A stretch of DNA of 33,453 nt from Candidatus Eiseniibacteriota bacterium. Its GTDB lineage: Bacteria; Eisenbacteria; RBG-16-71-46; JABDJR01; JAWXBZ01. This document shows positions 30,811 to 33,453 of this stretch, one piece after another (positions within the stretch are counted from its first letter, which is position 1; the number at the start of each line of letters is the position of its first letter). Where the stretch lies: positions 1 through 33,453 of the forward strand of contig JAWXBZ010000191.1 of assembly GCA_034440375.1 (NCBI GenBank), given 5' to 3'. Position numbers and translations under genes: made by a program. Under the pieces are notes generated by a model, which saw nothing but the letters and a program-made list of their open reading frames with translations, was not told the DNA's origin and did no database searches.

Positions 30811-31263
30811 TTGGACTCAATACGGTTGTCTGGGACGCGGGTGCGTCGAATGGTTGTCGCGGCGGTCTTGCTGCTTCTCACGCTGACTTTTATCGTGCTG
30901 CCCGCGGGCGCAGGGCAACCACCCCCGCCTTCAAGCACCACGACCATTACCTCTTCGAATGGATGCTCTTTCACGGTGACTTACACGTGGCAGGGCTTCC
31001 ATGGTAAGGGGCTTATCGCTGTATTCGGTTTGTACGAGCGCTTGAATGGTTTAGATGCCAGCTACAATCTCTTTAGTGTGCCGGGGGTGAGCGGCAAAAG
31101 CGGCTCCGTTTCGCATACCTTCAACTTCACGGGTACTACCACTTCCCGAACCGTCCTCTTCAGGGGGGCTTTGCAAAACGGCAGGACCTTTGCGCAGGTC
31201 AGCGGCTCCACTTCGGGGACGGGCCTGTTCGCTTCGGACTGCGCCAACCCCACGAGCCCCTAG
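30811..31263 (+). CDS. Small secreted hypothetical protein
   Basis: SD AAGGAGG before TTG 30811, signal peptide ending ...LPAGA, Thr/Ser/Gly-rich beta-type mature part. Confidence 0.7.
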   Translation: MDSIRLSGTRVRRMVVAAVLLLLTLTFIVLPAGAGQPPPPSSTTTITSSNGCSFTVTYTWQGFHGKGLIAVFGLYERLNGLDASYNLFSVPGVSGKSGSVSHTFNFTGTTTSRTVLFRGALQNGRTFAQVSGSTSGTGLFASDCANPTSP

Positions 31264-31379
31264 CCTTTATAATTCGCGAGCCGGCGATTTGAGTAGCGAC
31301 GCGAAGGCCTCCGAGAGCCCCGTATAATCGGGCGCGAACCTGGGGCTCAACCGGGCCGTCCCCTCGAACTGCTCGATCG

Positions 31380-32467
31380 CGCAGGGTCAAAGTATTCGGC
31401 CGAGTCGCAATTGTCGAACGTACTTCACCTTGCGACGTTGCTCTGCGCCCATGGCTCGCCCGATTGAGGGACATCCATTCCTCCCCGATGCTCCCCGGCT
31501 TTTGCCAAGGACCACTGGGAGCATCCATGCGCACCGTCCTCCAACCGTGGCACATCTTTGTCGTCATCCTCGCCGGTTGGGTCAATCGCCGGCAGCACGA
31601 CGCCATCGACTACCTGCGAACCGAGAACCAGGTCTTGAGGGAGGCGTGTGGCAAGAAGCGGATTCCCCTGACCGATTCCCAGCGCCGTCGCTTGGCGATC
31701 AAGGGGAAGCTCCGGCCACCGGTCTCCCAGGAAGTCATCGACCTTGTTCTCCGACTCGCCCGTGAGAATCGAAGCTGGGGCTTTGACACGGCCAGTCCGA
31801 ATTTCGCATGGATAAAGCAGATCGCCAGAAATCTGACCGACTGCACCGACGGATTTCTCCTGGGATCCCACTTCGTTCTGATGGATCGCGACACGAAGTT
31901 CTGTGAGGAGTTTCGCTCGCTTCTCAGGGATGCCGGAATCACTCCCGTCATACTTCCCGCCCGATCGCCAAATCTCAATGCGCTTGTCGAGCGATTCATG
32001 AGGTCGCTGAAATCCGAGTGCCTCAACCGGATGATCTTCTTCGGCGCGAACTTATTGCGGGGTGCCGTCCGCGAGTACCTCGCCCATTATCACCGGGAGA
32101 GGAATCATCAGGGGCTTGGCAATCGGCTGATCGAGCCGGACGTCAGGGTCGGAGAGGATGCTGGCGACATTCAGTGCCGCGAGCGGATCGGCGGGCTCCT
32201 GAAGTACTACTACCGGGACGCAGCGTAAGGTCGATTCGTCGGCGCAGTTGATTCAAACAGCTGGCCCCTTCCCCATCTCTCCGGGGACGGGCCTGATAGG
32301 CCATGTCGTGATGCGACTCTCGGGCCAGGTTCACCCGAATCCATCCCGCCTTCCCCCCAAACGACGCCCAATATCTCGGCCCGATTTCGGCAGTCGTGCT
32401 TCACGCCGAGCGCCGAGGACTGGGGAATGGCGCCATTTCTGGCGCAGCCTAATATTTTGACCCTACG
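31380..32467 (+). mobile_element. Degenerate IS element with integrase-core (rve-type) transposase and terminal inverted repeats
   Basis: Left end CGCAGGGTCAAAGTATTCGGCCG is an inverted match to right end ...CAGCCTAATATTTTGACCCTACG and the pair encloses the transposase. No target duplication is visible. Confidence 0.8.
31527..32228 (+). pseudogene. Integrase-core DDE transposase with two apparent in-frame internal deletions
   Basis: LAGWVNR.Q...IDYL..EN.VL, ARENRSWG, DRDTKF, RSPNLNA..ERF.RSLK.ECL, YH.ERNHQGL.N and ER.GGLLKYY are present. The segments I expect between KGK and RP and between WG and the W..QIARN motif (including the first catalytic Asp, DFF) are absent. Confidence 0.8.
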
Positions 32468-32531
32468 GGCCCCGCACTTTCCAGCAGGATCTACTGTGAG
32501 TGTTCACGTCGACAGGAATTTTCGTAAACCC

Positions 32532-33311
32532 TCAGCCCTGACACCCCGGACACCAATAGCTAGACCGCCCCCCCAACCCCTGCCGGCGCATCTCCACGAG
32601 CGTGCCGCACCGGCGGCAGGGAGCGCCGCTGCGACGGTAGACCCAGTAGCGGGCACCGTCGAGAGACTGGCGCGTGGTGCGCGTGCTCGTTTCGAGATTG
32701 GAGCGCATGAGGCGGCGGGCGGTCTGCACGAGGTCGCGCAGCGTGTCGTCGGGCAGGTCGCGCACGAGGCGAAACGGTGAAATGCCGCACAGAAAGAGCG
32801 TCTCGGACTTGTAGATGTTACCGATGCCGGAGATGATCCGCTGGGCCAGCAACGCCTCCCCGACCGGCATATCTCCCCGGTCCCGGAGGCGCTCGATGGC
32901 GGCGGTCTCATCGAACGTCTCCGCTACGATGTCGGGGCCGAGAGCCGTCAGCCTTTCGCTGCGACCGGCGCCTCGCGTCAGCAGCTCGATTTCCGGAGCG
33001 TTGAAGCAGGGCAGGACCCAGCCGTCGACTTCGAGCACGAGTCGGGCGAGCCGTTCCGGCTTTCCCCACTCCTCCCCCGGCCGGTAGACGTGCCAGGAGC
33101 CGGTCATCCGCATGTGAGTGCGGAGCGCGCGCCCGTCGTCGAAGCGAATGATGAGATGCTTGCCCAGCGCCTCGACGGCGTCGACCGCGTGGCCGACCAG
33201 GGATTCGGCATCGAGGCCGGGTACGAGCGTACGGGCGGACGTTATGACCTTGCCGGAGAGCACCCGCTGCAGCGTGGCCGCGACGCGATGGATGGTATCG
33301 CCTTCAGGCAT
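32532..33311 (-). CDS. nei: Fpg/Nei family DNA glycosylase/AP lyase
   Basis: N-terminal MPEG, GKHL, HMRMTGSW, H2TH GIGNIYKSE, zinc finger CRRC...CPGCQ. Confidence 0.92.
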   Translation of the reverse strand: MPEGDTIHRVAATLQRVLSGKVITSARTLVPGLDAESLVGHAVDAVEALGKHLIIRFDDGRALRTHMRMTGSWHVYRPGEEWGKPERLARLVLEVDGWVLPCFNAPEIELLTRGAGRSERLTALGPDIVAETFDETAAIERLRDRGDMPVGEALLAQRIISGIGNIYKSETLFLCGISPFRLVRDLPDDTLRDLVQTARRLMRSNLETSTRTTRQSLDGARYWVYRRSGAPCRRCGTLVEMRRQGLGGRSSYWCPGCQG

Positions 33312-33345
33312 CAGCTCACTCCTGCGCGGAGCGGTGACACGCGGG

Positions 33346-33453
33346 TCAGCGCCTCACCGGCCGGCCGGTGGACGCGGCGCGCTTCAGGTGCCCTTGCAAC
33401 GACGGCGTGAAGCCGGCCTGCGCCAGATGCGGCGCCAGGGGAGATTCCGCCGC
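33346..33453 (-). CDS. C-terminal end of a probable Lhr helicase; 5' partial
   Basis: ...SPLAPHLAQAGFTPSLQGHLKR...-stop resembles the Lhr C-terminus, and lhr-nei adjacency is a common gene order. Confidence 0.5.
   Translation of the reverse strand, partial: AAESPLAPHLAQAGFTPSLQGHLKRAASTGRPVRR

Overview
GC-rich bacterial DNA. The mix of Hanks kinase-TPR/PD40 proteins, a PNPFNP-type C-terminal domain and many secreted proteins ending in TW(S/G)xxK suggests an FCB-affiliated candidate phylum such as Ca. Eisenbacteria or Krumholzibacteriota (inference). The window is an accessory patchwork that ends at an lhr-nei pair on the right. It contains an ice-binding lipoprotein, a split thioredoxin-fold gene with an in-frame UGA in a UxxC motif plus a SECIS-like hairpin (probable selenoprotein), three intact Ser/Thr kinases and one deleted copy, an aldo-keto reductase, an ICMT-like methyltransferase, a nucleotidyltransferase TA-like pair, several secreted proteins, a kaiC-kaiB-kaiB-PAS hybrid kinase operon, a BacNav-type channel with a TVEGWPD filter and an apparent ATC start, and an internally deleted integrase-core transposase. 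The most notable hidden structure is a 32-bp terminal repeat of that IS family. It occurs six times in the same orientation (10286, 13539, 14709, 21766, 26173, 32436) at junctions between unrelated gene modules. Two matching left ends are also present: one delimits a 178-bp MITE with a GGAG duplication, the other the transposase element. No rRNA, tRNA or CRISPR array was seen. All alignments were done by eye and family calls are from motif recognition, not database searches.
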